NCBI RefSeq assembly: GCF_964204865.1 | Contig: NC_135256.1 | Location: 11,842,001 to 11,906,000, forward strand | DNA: 64,000 bases | Reading direction: 5' to 3' | Source: Styela clava | Lineage: Eukaryota | Shown: positions 51,191 through 64,000 of the stretch, in pieces | Numbering within the stretch: position 1 is the stretch's first letter | Layout: each line of letters starts with the position of its first letter | Made by a program: the position numbers and the translations under genes | Notes under the pieces: model-generated | Database searches by the model: none | Seen by the model: the letters and a program-made list of their open reading frames with translations, nothing else | What the model was told of the DNA's origin: nothing

Positions 51191-51769
51191 TAAAAATTCC
51201 AAATAGTCCTTTATCCTTATGCAAGATTTTGGTAGGCAAGATAATGTCAAATTTTCAAGTCATCTATAATTCGCTGGTCTGATTTACATAACTCATAGCA
51301 CTCAGATCAAAGTTTCGGAACTTTTCGACAGTCGAATTTGTTTTTCATTCTGTTAAACAAATTTGTTACTTAAGCGTTTTAGCAGGGTTAACGCCCTATT
51401 TCAGATCAATCTGAAGTACAGTGATATATATAGTCATTTCACATTTGCGGGAACTTGTTAATTCAGGCAAATATCGTTTTTGGCCAAATTTATTCTATGT
51501 GTCAATTCAAACTAGCCGTTTCATATTATTGGAAAAGGATTTTCAAGTCAATTGATATGGATTCGGTAATTAAGCTGGATCAGTCGAATTAAGTTATGCA
51601 TTGGCAAATATTATTGAATATAACTAATGCTCATCTTTTGTAATATCTGAAAATATGAAAACAGTGTTAGTTGACAAAATGATAGTACTTTATATAGGAG
51701 CAAATTTTCGAGTAAATGATTACTAAAATAACACACAAAACAACAAATATGTGAGGAATAAAGTGCCGT

Positions 51770-52035
51770 ACATTTGTTTGCACGGCACTGCATATAGATG
51801 CATTGCATTTGAATGCACGGCTATATGGTTTTTGTCTCAAACACAATAACCATAAAAACAAAATTAATGTCTTGCATTTGATTGCACGACAGTAGGGTGT
51901 ATATAAACATGATATAGGACTAAGTATGTACATAATAAATGTCTTGCATTTTACCGCACGATATCACCTTGTATGTGAACACGATGGAAAACTAAGCCGA
52001 ATATGACAAATGCTTTGCATTCTATTGCACGGCAA
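51770..52035 (+). repeat. Degenerate minisatellite, five units with a CATT(N5)GCACG core (also at +7782)
   Basis: Cores CATTTGTTTGCACG, CATTTGAATGCACG, CATTTGATTGCACG, CATTTTACCGCACG and CATTCTATTGCACG, spaced 30-75 bp apart. Confidence 0.65.
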
Positions 52036-55000
52036 TGTATAGACAATTTTTTACATGGGTCTGTCGCTAAGACATTGAACCATGAAAAAATATAAACTAT
52101 GTACAAGTGTAACAAATATAGCGTAGTAGATTAGAAGAGAACGAGTTTCAATTGCCAGACAAGATGTCTGGAACCGTTACATGATTCATTCTCCTACTGC
52201 GTCCCTATCACCGTGAAAAAGTAAATTATCAAACCCAGCTTGAAGTCACAAGAGAGGACAACAAGTGAGAGTGATAATAACTTATCACCCTACTTCCTAT
52301 CTATCCCTAACTAAGTACTAACCATTCGGCCGTCCCAACCACCCATCTCAACATTCCAGCGACATGCAATTTTTAACCCTAGTTTAACAAAGTCTATTCA
52401 GCGCCAACCTGGTCTAATATTGCAATGATCGAAACGTTCCCTACATATTCTAACCTGCCTTATTAACCAAAACTGTATTTATCATGTGCGCGGGCGATTT
52501 CACTCCGCTACGTTGAGTGAATTCTGGCTAAATGGTGCAAGCACCAGGGGTTTAGGCTATCTAGATCGGAACGCGGGCGTTGGCTCCCCCTGCAATCATA
52601 AACACGAACCCAAATATTGCAATTTATGAGTTTGTTTATGACTACCGTACCAAACTCTTGATATATCCTGAAAGCTGACCGGCCTAACAAACCCCAAGTT
52701 GCTGGAGAACCTAAGGCAACATCTAGGAGGCATAGTAGACGACTTTGTTTTGGCGCACAGTTGATCGAATCCTAATATTTAATTTCAATAATGAAATTAA
52801 ATTTCAGTTTTACATCATCTTTTGTCATGGTTCATGGGTCTAATTGCATAAGAGTACAATTGTGTGCGTCACAATGTCAAGTCATCAACTACTACTTGCC
52901 CTAGTCTAACTACCTTACCAGAAGCGTTGTGCTACTGGGCTTGGTAATATTGAAACTGGGTTCAACGTACAGAAAAACCCGTTCAATATTAAAACAAGAC
53001 TTCACCTCCTTGAGCGCAATAGTGGCCAATGGTTTTCAAATAAATCTGAATATAAAATAAACCAAACATACGATTCAGAAAACAATTTTTGTAGTCAAGT
53101 TTAGAATTTATGGCCATTTATTGCACCAAAGAGGAATTGTGGTACTATTGTGTTACTTTTCGATGTCCTTCGTCTGCTTCGTCCCACAATTTGCGGGCAC
53201 CCTGTACTAGGGCACAACATGCAAGGGGGAAAAGCCCAAGTCTCATCTAAATATGTGCTCCATGAAACCGATTTAATTTAGGAGACTTTGAAGCTTAATC
53301 CCCGGAGTTATGAATAAACCCTATCGCCCTATCTAACTAAACAATACATAATTCAGTGCAGTGTTAAGCCTAACCGAAACCCTTCTTTATTTAATTCGGC
53401 CGGTCGAATTTTGAGGAGCAAATTTTGTTTAATTCTGAAGATATCACATCGCTAATTACAATTATAGGAAGGTTTTCGGCATTAATAAAAGAAAAACATG
53501 GTTAGTTTGCCCTATTTCACATAATTTCAGAAATTTATACTCATTTATACAAGCATTATGTACACGCCCATAAAGAGCGGATTATCATCAGAAAAAAAAT
53601 TGATATTTCAAATGTACCATTATAAACACTCCTAATAACTGCCAATAAAACCGCTATAGTCTAGATTCGTCTGTCCAAACCTAATATCCATCTAGCGAAG
53701 CGAAGAATCCTATCTTCCATCTTCGCGCCCTTTGCACTTCGCCCGATGGCTCTAATTCTACATCAAGAAGTGTTCGTATAACAAACATAAACGACAAGCG
53801 AAACGATACGTTCAGTAGACCTGGGTTAAAAAACAAGAGAACACTAAGTATGATATTCTGATATGTTATAGCAATTTATATCTACTTTTTTTTCAGGGTA
53901 GAATCCAAGCTAATCCGACAACAGCTCTATATATGAAACGTTGTGCTTGGCCTAGCAAGGCTCAAAAAATAACGAAAAAGGCCAATTATGAAATTTAGTG
54001 ACTCATTATTTCTTATTAATTGGGTGTTTCTTAAATCCGTGTTCTGAAAAATAGTCTAGAAGCACCAAATTCTAAACAATTATTATCTCGGCATTTTAAA
54101 ATCTTTTTTACTGCATTGAATGAATGATTATTTATCACAGTTGATTGATGTCCTAGTCGGTCTTCTCAAACACTAGAACATCAGGAAATTTTCTTCTCCT
54201 GTTAATGACAATAAAACAATCATGTTATTTTTCATTTAAATACATTGCATTTAAAAAAAATTTATTTAATCCGACTTTGGCAGACTTTGATAATAGATTT
54301 TTGACCAAATATTAACAGCTTAAGCAGACAGTGAGTAAAGTTATCTATAGTTTCAACAATTACCTTTTTGAAATTAATAATATATTTGAGATCTTCCGAG
54401 CATGCGTCAGCCCATGATGACGTCAGCTTGCATGAGAGAAGTTGAAATTCAGTTCTCACACCCGCCGCGCAAAATTGAATCTTTGTCGGTTTCTGTTAAA
54501 CATTTAAGAAACTTTTTACAACAGTTATCATTATTCATGAATTACTACTTTGCTTATGGTGAAATAGCAGATGCCAAATTGAAGTTATTTCGGATTCAAA
54601 CGTGGGATAAAATAACTCAAGTATTTTGCAATACAACTTTGGTAATATATATTTGTAATATTTTCTTATTTCATCAAAGGACGGTGAAACCAATAATATG
54701 ATATCTATATCAGAACCCGGACTGCACAGCTAGCTAGTGCATTTGAAATGGAAATTTTAAAGTACATGGACTTGGTGTGAAACTATCTCCGACCTACATC
54801 CACCTGAACTACCTTGTACGAACGCGGCGTTATCAGCAAAGCTACAGGAAAGAGTAACTAGCACCTCGGAATTCCACCTTTCGAGTTCAGGCCGAGTAAT
54901 GGTGATCTGGCTTGTATTCCTAACGAGTATCACGATGTGCATGCCTTAGTATAACTTAAAATAAATCTATGGACAATATATAGTACTTACCCGAAAGTTC

Positions 55001-57924
55001 TTTGACCAATGCGAACAAGACGAATGCGTTATCTTTGCAACATGCAAGGTATTTATTTATATACCGTATATTAAACTGAAACAATAAAATAAGTTGATAA
55101 TTATCACACTTGAACAATTGGAACATGAGATAAACCCCACAAGATACAGGATTTAAACGGGTGCGAGATCATAATCCCCCCCCCCCCCAAACAAGACTTT
55201 GGAAGTAGAAAATGGGATTTTCACCTACATTGTTAAATAAATAACGCGTTCTCTTAAAACCCATCTATAAAGGCTTTGTCGTAGAGCCATTTATCACTTT
55301 GAAGACGGTTCTTCCTCCATAACTTTTGATTATATTAAATAATATATTATCTTGAATTACATGCATACGACTGCCCCGGAATCGCCATGTAAACAAAACA
55401 CAAACGCAGCTTCTGGGCAACCTGACAACACACGCGCGGCAAACTGACTGACGTAACTCCTGTCGAGTCGGCAATGGTTACCTCAGTAATTATTACCCAA
55501 AGCAATTTTTAGAATATTCGGTCCTACAACCAACGCAAAATTTGTCTCAGAAGCAGAAAAGCAACAAATATTTTGTTGAGTATGGGTAAAAATCCTTACA
55601 AGGAAAATTACGTGCACTATCTGTTTTTTATTTGTTGTGGTGCTCTTATCATTTATTATCATTTCATGCTCTCAAATTATCTTCAACTTTCCTTTTTGTG
55701 GATTAAGTCCTCGAAAATGTCTGCTGCATAATATTATACATTGAATTCGATGTGTAATAATGATGCCATAATTTATTGTTTCTGACACACTTGTGGGAAC
55801 TTCGTGATTCGTTTCGCTTTTTATCCAACACAACACAAATATCAGATATCAGCCCAACACAAATATCAGCCGTTCTATTCGGATGACTGGAATTATTTAC
55901 TGGGTTTGACAGAAGGTGACCTTTAGTCGAGTCTATCTTGTCTCCCAAACACCAGCAGTGACGCCCGTGAGTGGAGAACCGTTTATACGAGCAAAGAATG
56001 ATCGTACAATTGCAATTTAAGTTTATACGAAGGATAATTGATTAATACGATCGCCTTGAAAGGTAAGTTATTTATATCCCTTGAGGTGATATCGTAGACA
56101 ACACAATATAATGACACTCATCGAGACCCAGCTGCAAACAAATATATTCCAATAAACACAGATTCCTAAGAAACGAACACTTCCAGGTCCGATCTCTGAA
56201 ACCTTAACATTACCCTGTGCATTGTATATATTATAACAATATTCACAATTTGTAAGAACTCAATTTTACGATTGAAATTTATAATTCATTTGCAACGCAT
56301 AGAAAGAACAAAAAGAAATAACAACAGAACCATACATGCACACAGTTGATATCCTGTACCAAAAACTATTTATCATTATAATTAAATAATTCTCGTGATG
56401 GCCAGTAGTTTGATATTCTTTAACGTTACCATAAGTGTCAATTTGGCCTACTCTGGGAAGAAGAGATAGATATACATGGTGGGCAAAAAACAAAATTCAT
56501 GAATTTCCAAATTATTTCCACGAAAATGAAGAAATTTTATTCAATACTTATGTTTGTGTGTTATTGTACCCCAAAATTATAATATGTTCGAAATAACTGG
56601 ATTCTGTTTTTTGTATTTTGTTTATCGTAACTCAAATATGTGGCATGATAAAACGATTAATTTGCTCAAACAAAGTATTAAAAACCATGCTTGCATTTAT
56701 GAAAACTGTTAGAAGCGAAGGAATGTTGTAAAAAATATAAAATCTATTTTTGAAGACATTCGATTTGACAATACGTTAAATTCCCTATTGCTCATTTTAA
56801 AAACATATATATACTATTTTTGAAATGCAATTTTACTAAATACAAAAATTATTGAAATCAAAAACATTCCGACAAAGCACATTTAAATCAGTCCTCAACA
56901 GCGTATTGGAAATGCGTGCATGAAATGACGATTTCGTCAATCACCAAAATGGGCCGCTGTAAATACTACTTCACATTTACAGAACATGGGGGCCTTCAGA
57001 TACCTTCTTTTGCTTGCAGTAGGTTTCTCTTCGTTCGTGACATGTCTTGGAATGGGTATAACAAAAATTGGAAAAGAAATACTGGACTCCACCCAATCAG
57101 GTTGTTGACACTTGATATTGCTCCGATATGTGGTAATTAGCAGGGATCTGTGAAAAAATAGAAACCTCAGATCTTGCACCATGTGCATAGACGAGATCGA
57201 GTTGGTGAATCCGGGGCGTATAATTTTTATTATTGGCATATTTTATTTATTTACAAATGCAATTCTCGAACTTTTTTCATAATGTTTTCAATATTTAAAA
57301 CGTGAAATATTTTATTCATCGACTAAAAGTTTTGTCAGGATATGAAGACAAAGTTAACCTCGCTATAGCACTATTTGATGACGGGACAACAACCCTGGTA
57401 ATGTTGGAAGGCGTCAATTTGATTACCGCAGATATATATAGTTTTGTGACTTAAAAGTGCGACTTTGTGTTTATATTTAAATGACTATTTAAAATTCATT
57501 TTTCATAGATGAAATATCATAAATCTTCTGAAAGCGTTGGAAAAGGCAAACATTTGTGATATGCTCTGTGTATTTCTCAGTTTTAAATATATAACACGTT
57601 CGGATCAATTTGTTTCGATTTGTCTACCTTCACGTTGCATTTTGAGTATTTTTTGACATGGAAGATTATTTCCAGCACCAAACACAGGACATCTCCCTTG
57701 TACGAAAGACTGAATATTAAAAAAAACGCTATTCTCTGTGATAAATATTGCTAAATGGTTCTAATCCATCGGAAAATAAAGCGAGGTCATACACTTTAAA
57801 ATGTGTAGTACTAACATGAATATCCGTTTACATTCATATATGTCAAATAAACTATTTGCTATTATTAACAATTTCCCGCAAATGAATTGTTTGTTATGCA
57901 CTGAAAAGTTATTGGACACGTTTA

Positions 57925-58177
57925 TTGGACAGGTTTAGTGGCCATAACGATCGTTTCAAAATTTTGTTGTTATTGTTATTTTCTTTCGTCATTATCCTTA
58001 AAAAATCGCTTTTCTCTTCGAATACTGGACCAATTGCTTTGAAATTTTCAGTGGTTAAAGATAAGGCTATTACTTTCTCCAGAAGGCTATTACTTTTTTT
58101 TCTCGCTATGACGTCATCAAAATTATTGCCATTGGGTGGCGCTACGTGTCCATATATTTGAGCATAGCTCTCTTGTT
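57925..58177. mobile_element. Probable non-autonomous Helentron/DINE-1-like element
   Basis: Ends in GAGCATAGCTCTCTTGT followed by TT, has an internal (TTG/TTA)n tract and shares its core with 43485-43570. The class assignment is inference. Confidence 0.4.
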
Positions 58178-58466
58178 TATACAAGTAACATCATTTATGT
58201 AAACATCCAAGGCGATATATAAGAGGGGTCCGGCTTAGTGACGACATAGGCTAAAACATTTGGTGGTCTGAATTAGGTGGACGAATTAAGCGGACAAAAA
58301 TTTTATATCTGTTATCGAGAGGATTGTGTTGTCTCTTTTTCTCCGTAGTTGTCAACGACTCTCGCGCTCCCCGAGCACGTATTTAAAAGCAATGATACGG
58401 ACACAGGAACGACGTCCGCTTAAGTACTGCAATTATGGCAGGTCCGTTTAACTACCGTAATAGAGT

Positions 58467-58485
58467 TATATATATATATATATAT
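58467..58485. repeat. (TA)n microsatellite
   Basis: TATATATATATATATATAT. Confidence 0.9.
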
Positions 58486-58581
58486 GTACATGGTTGACCG
58501 TGTATATACGAGTTGTTCATCCTATAGTATTTCACCCACGAAGGAGTCCTGAATGAGGATTCATAGAAACAATTATTTTTA

Positions 58582-61500
58582 GCAGCTTATTTTTAGCACC
58601 AAATTGAATCTTTCATCTCATATTATTTCAATTTTTAATTAAGCAAATTAAGGTTTGACACCCAATTTATCAGTGAATGGTGACCGCTGGTCGGTTATGG
58701 CTTCCTCAACCATCAAGTTCGTGCATTTGAAACCAAGTCCGTACATCCGAAACAAATAACTGGCTTAGTAGTTCTATACTCGATATGAAATGGTAGCCGA
58801 AAGAGAGGCCGTGGTTTGTTATGGCTTCCTTTGCCACCAATTCCTTGCATCTGAAACCAAGTCTATACATTCGAAACAAATGGACGAAACTGGACGAAAG
58901 GCCGGGGTTCGTCATGTGATTAAGTTGTCACATTGGCGTACCTCTTACCCCAAGATAAATATGAAATCCTAATAAAAATTCCAAATAGTCCTTTATCCTT
59001 ATGCAAGATTTTGGTAGGCAAGATAATGTCAAATTTTCAAGTCATCTATAATTCGCTGGTCTGATTTACATAACTCATAGCACTCAGATCAAAGTTTCGG
59101 AACTTTTCGACAGTCGAATTTGTTTTTCATTCTGTTAAACAAATTTGTTACTTAAGCGTTTTAGCAGGGTTAACGCCCTATTTCAGATCAATCTGAAGTA
59201 CAGTGATATATATAGTCATTTCACATTTGCGGGAACTTGTTAATTCAGGCAAATATCGTTTTTGGCCAAATTTATTCTATGTGTCAATTCAAACTAGCCG
59301 TTTCATATTATTGGAAAAGGATTTTCAAGTCAATTGATATGGATTCGGTAATTAAGCTGGATCAGTCGAATTAAGTTATGCATTGGCAAATATTATTGAA
59401 TATAACTAATGCTCATCTTTTGTAATATCTGAAAATATGAAAACAGTGTTAGTTGACAAAATGATAGTACTTTATATAGGAGCAAATTTTCGAGTAAATG
59501 ATTACTAAAATAACACACAAAACAACAAATATGTGAGGAATAAAGTGCCGTACATTTGTTTGCACGGCACTGCATATAGATGCATTGCATTTGAATGCAC
59601 GGCTATATGGTTTTTGTCTCAAACACAATAACCATAAAAACAAAATTAATGTCTTGCATTTGATTGCACGACAGTAGGGTGTATATAAACATGATATAGG
59701 ACTAAGTATGTACATAATAAATGTCTTGCATTTTACCGCACGATATCACCTTGTATGTGAACACGATGGAAAACTAAGCCGAATATGACAAATGCTTTGC
59801 ATTCTATTGCACGGCAATGTATAGACAATTTTTTACATGGGTCTGTCGCTAAGACATTGAACCATGAAAAAATATAAACTATGTACAAGTGTAACAAATA
59901 TAGCGTAGTAGATTAGAAGAGAACGAGTTTCAATTGCCAGACAAGATGTCTGGAACCGTTACATGATTCATTCTCCTACTGCGTCCCTATCACCGTGAAA
60001 AAGTAAATTATCAAACCCAGCTTGAAGTCACAAGAGAGGACAACAAGTGAGAGTGATAATAACTTATCACCCTACTTCCTATCTATCCCTAACTAAGTAC
60101 TAACCATTCGGCCGTCCCAACCACCCATCTCAACATTCCAGCGACATGCAATTTTTAACCCTAGTTTAACAAAGTCTATTCAGCGCCAACCTGGTCTAAT
60201 ATTGCAATGATCGAAACGTTCCCTACATATTCTAACCTGCCTTATTAACCAAAACTGTATTTATCATGTGCGCGGGCGATTTCACTCCGCTACGTTGAGT
60301 GAATTCTGGCTAAATGGTGCAAGCACCAGGGGTTTAGGCTATCTAGATCGGAACGCGGGCGTTGGCTCCCCCTGCAATCATAAACACGAACCCAAATATT
60401 GCAATTTATGAGTTTGTTTATGACTACCGTACCAAACTCTTGATATATCCTGAAAGCTGACCGGCCTAACAAACCCCAAGTTGCTGGAGAACCTAAGGCA
60501 ACATCTAGGAGGCATAGTAGACGACTTTGTTTTGGCGCACAGTTGATCGAATCCTAATATTTAATTTCAATAATGAAATTAAATTTCAGTTTTACATCAT
60601 CTTTTGTCATGGTTCATGGGTCTAATTGCATAAGAGTACAATTGTGTGCGTCACAATGTCAAGTCATCAACTACTACTTGCCCTAGTCTAACTACCTTAC
60701 CAGAAGCGTTGTGCTACTGGGCTTGGTAATATTGAAACTGGGTTCAACGTACAGAAAAACCCGTTCAATATTAAAACAAGACTTCACCTCCTTGAGCGCA
60801 ATAGTGGCCAATGGTTTTCAAATAAATCTGAATATAAAATAAACCAAACATACGATTCAGAAAACAATTTTTGTAGTCAAGTTTAGAATTTATGGCCATT
60901 TATTGCACCAAAGAGGAATTGTGGTACTATTGTGTTACTTTTCGATGTCCTTCGTCTGCTTCGTCCCACAATTTGCGGGCACCCTGTACTAGGGCACAAC
61001 ATGCAAGGGGGAAAAGCCCAAGTCTCATCTAAATATGTGCTCCATGAAACCGATTTAATTTAGGAGACTTTGAAGCTTAATCCCCGGAGTTATGAATAAA
61101 CCCTATCGCCCTATCTAACTAAACAATACATAATTCAGTGCAGTGTTAAGCCTAACCGAAACCCTTCTTTATTTAATTCGGCCGGTCGAATTTTGAGGAG
61201 CAAATTTTGTTTAATTCTGAAGATATCACATCGCTAATTACAATTATAGGAAGGTTTTCGGCATTAATAAAAGAAAAACATGGTTAGTTTGCCCTATTTC
61301 ACATAATTTCAGAAATTTATACTCATTTATACAAGCATTATGTACACGCCCATAAAGAGCGGATTATCATCAGAAAAAAAATTGATATTTCAAATGTACC
61401 ATTATAAACACTCCTAATAACTGCCAATAAAACCGCTATAGTCTAGATTCGTCTGTCCAAACCTAATATCCATCTAGCGAAGCGAAGAATCCTATCTTCC

Positions 61501-64000
61501 ATCTTCGCGCCCTTTGCACTTCGCCCGATGGCTCTAATTCTACATCAAGAAGTGTTCGTATAACAAACATAAACGACAAGCGAAACGATACGTTCAGTAG
61601 ACCTGGGTTAAAAAACAAGAGAACACTAAGTATGATATTCTGATATGTTATAGCAATTTATATCTACTTTTTTTTCAGGGTAGAATCCAAGCTAATCCGA
61701 CAACAGCTCTATATATGAAACGTTGTGCTTGGCCTAGCAAGGCTCAAAAAATAACGAAAAAGGCCAATTATGAAATTTAGTGACTCATTATTTCTTATTA
61801 ATTGGGTGTTTCTTAAATCCGTGTTCTGAAAAATAGTCTAGAAGCACCAAATTCTAAACAATTATTATCTCGGCATTTTAAAATCTTTTTTACTGCATTG
61901 AATGAATGATTATTTATCACAGTTGATTGATGTCCTAGTCGGTCTTCTCAAACACTAGAACATCAGGAAATTTTCTTCTCCTGTTAATGACAATAAAACA
62001 ATCATGTTATTTTTCATTTAAATACATTGCATTTAAAAAAAATTTATTTAATCCGACTTTGGCAGACTTTGATAATAGATTTTTGACCAAATATTAACAG
62101 CTTAAGCAGACAGTGAGTAAAGTTATCTATAGTTTCAACAATTACCTTTTTGAAATTAATAATATATTTGAGATCTTCCGAGCATGCGTCAGCCCATGAT
62201 GACGTCAGCTTGCATGAGAGAAGTTGAAATTCAGTTCTCACACCCGCCGCGCAAAATTGAATCTTTGTCGGTTTCTGTTAAACATTTAAGAAACTTTTTA
62301 CAACAGTTATCATTATTCATGAATTACTACTTTGCTTATGGTGAAATAGCAGATGCCAAATTGAAGTTATTTCGGATTCAAACGTGGGATAAAATAACTC
62401 AAGTATTTTGCAATACAACTTTGGTAATATATATTTGTAATATTTTCTTATTTCATCAAAGGACGGTGAAACCAATAATATGATATCTATATCAGAACCC
62501 GGACTGCACAGCTAGCTAGTGCATTTGAAATGGAAATTTTAAAGTACATGGACTTGGTGTGAAACTATCTCCGACCTACATCCACCTGAACTACCTTGTA
62601 CGAACGCGGCGTTATCAGCAAAGCTACAGGAAAGAGTAACTAGCACCTCGGAATTCCACCTTTCGAGTTCAGGCCGAGTAATGGTGATCTGGCTTGTATT
62701 CCTAACGAGTATCACGATGTGCATGCCTTAGTATAACTTAAAATAAATCTATGGACAATATATAGTACTTACCCGAAAGTTCTTTGACCAATGCGAACAA
62801 GACGAATGCGTTATCTTTGCAACATGCAAGGTATTTATTTATATACCGTATATTAAACTGAAACAATAAAATAAGTTGATAATTATCACACTTGAACAAT
62901 TGGAACATGAGATAAACCCCACAAGATACAGGATTTAAACGGGTGCGAGATCATAATCCCCCCCCCCCCCAAACAAGACTTTGGAAGTAGAAAATGGGAT
63001 TTTCACCTACATTGTTAAATAAATAACGCGTTCTCTTAAAACCCATCTATAAAGGCTTTGTCGTAGAGCCATTTATCACTTTGAAGACGGTTCTTCCTCC
63101 ATAACTTTTGATTATATTAAATAATATATTATCTTGAATTACATGCATACGACTGCCCCGGAATCGCCATGTAAACAAAACACAAACGCAGCTTCTGGGC
63201 AACCTGACAACACACGCGCGGCAAACTGACTGACGTAACTCCTGTCGAGTCGGCAATGGTTACCTCAGTAATTATTACCCAAAGCAATTTTTAGAATATT
63301 CGGTCCTACAACCAACGCAAAATTTGTCTCAGAAGCAGAAAAGCAACAAATATTTTGTTGAGTATGGGTAAAAATCCTTACAAGGAAAATTACGTGCACT
63401 ATCTGTTTTTTATTTGTTGTGGTGCTCTTATCATTTATTATCATTTCATGCTCTCAAATTATCTTCAACTTTCCTTTTTGTGGATTAAGTCCTCGAAAAT
63501 GTCTGCTGCATAATATTATACATTGAATTCGATGTGTAATAATGATGCCATAATTTATTGTTTCTGACACACTTGTGGGAACTTCGTGATTCGTTTCGCT
63601 TTTTATCCAACACAACACAAATATCAGATATCAGCCCAACACAAATATCAGCCGTTCTATTCGGATGACTGGAATTATTTACTGGGTTTGACAGAAGGTG
63701 ACCTTTAGTCGAGTCTATCTTGTCTCCCAAACACCAGCAGTGACGCCCGTGAGTGGAGAACCGTTTATACGAGCAAAGAATGATCGTACAATTGCAATTT
63801 AAGTTTATACGAAGGATAATTGATTAATACGATCGCCTTGAAAGGTAAGTTATTTATATCCCTTGAGGTGATATCGTAGACAACACAATATAATGACACT
63901 CATCGAGACCCAGCTGCAAACAAATATATTCCAATAAACACAGATTCCTAAGAAACGAACACTTCCAGGTCCGATCTCTGAAACCTTAACATTACCCTGT
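58582..64000 (+). repeat. Large duplication, copy 2 (truncated by the window end)
   Basis: Begins GCAGCTTATTTTTAGCACC as at 50800; no differences noticed by eye. Confidence 0.97.

Larger units (their letters stand above)
50800..56218 (+). repeat. Large duplication, copy 1 (part shared with copy 2 inside the window)
   Basis: Appears identical to 58582-64000 at a constant offset of 7782 bp; every ORF in the track recurs at +7782. Confidence 0.97.

Noticed and set aside
51770-52035. CRISPR-like repeat-spacer array
   Set aside because: Eukaryotic context, short degenerate repeats, irregular and mutually similar spacers, and no cas genes.
54757-55485. Minus-strand coding exons in the duplicated unit
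   Set aside because: Donor-like sites exist (~54990, ~55480) but no consistent spliced ORF or recognisable motif could be built.
202-64000. Most short ORFs in the six-frame track
   Set aside because: They are 60-130 aa, often start at TTG/GTG, have AT-biased composition and lack motifs. Many are antisense shadows or intron read-through of real exons.
50800-64000. LTR retrotransposon with 5-kb LTRs
   Set aside because: No TG...CA ends, PBS, PPT or gag/pol sequence in the 56219-58581 interval.

Overview
AT-rich eukaryotic (metazoan) genomic DNA with compact GT-AG introns. Gene content, intron size and gene packing suggest an invertebrate chordate, probably an ascidian (inference). Six protein-coding genes can be reconstructed by hand-splicing. 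(1) A Hes/hairy-E(spl) bHLH gene (-, 2070-3334) whose WRPW is not terminal. (2) Intronless SSR1/TRAP-alpha. (3) Intronless PAM16. (4) An 11-exon FBXW7-like WD40 gene with no F-box, an N-terminal PYM/eIF2A-type helical hairpin and a C-terminal CaaX box; genes 2-4 are co-oriented and packed like a trans-spliced operon. (5) A 6-exon PKDCC/VLK-like secretory-pathway kinase. (6) A 15-exon, 599-aa secreted and probably GPI-anchored protein (-, 34861-42019), largely invisible in the ORF track. It is built from two tandem [Cu-only-SOD-like domain + accessory domain] units in which the Cu-ligand motif HxH reads H-V-E-H, and it has a duplicated intact last exon. The right third has no recognisable CDS. 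It holds a candidate spliced non-coding gene (46.0-48.6 kb), MITEs, a 730-bp foldback element, SINE-like repeats and an apparently identical duplication with a 7782-bp offset that runs off the window end. All family assignments come from motif recognition by eye; no database search was run.
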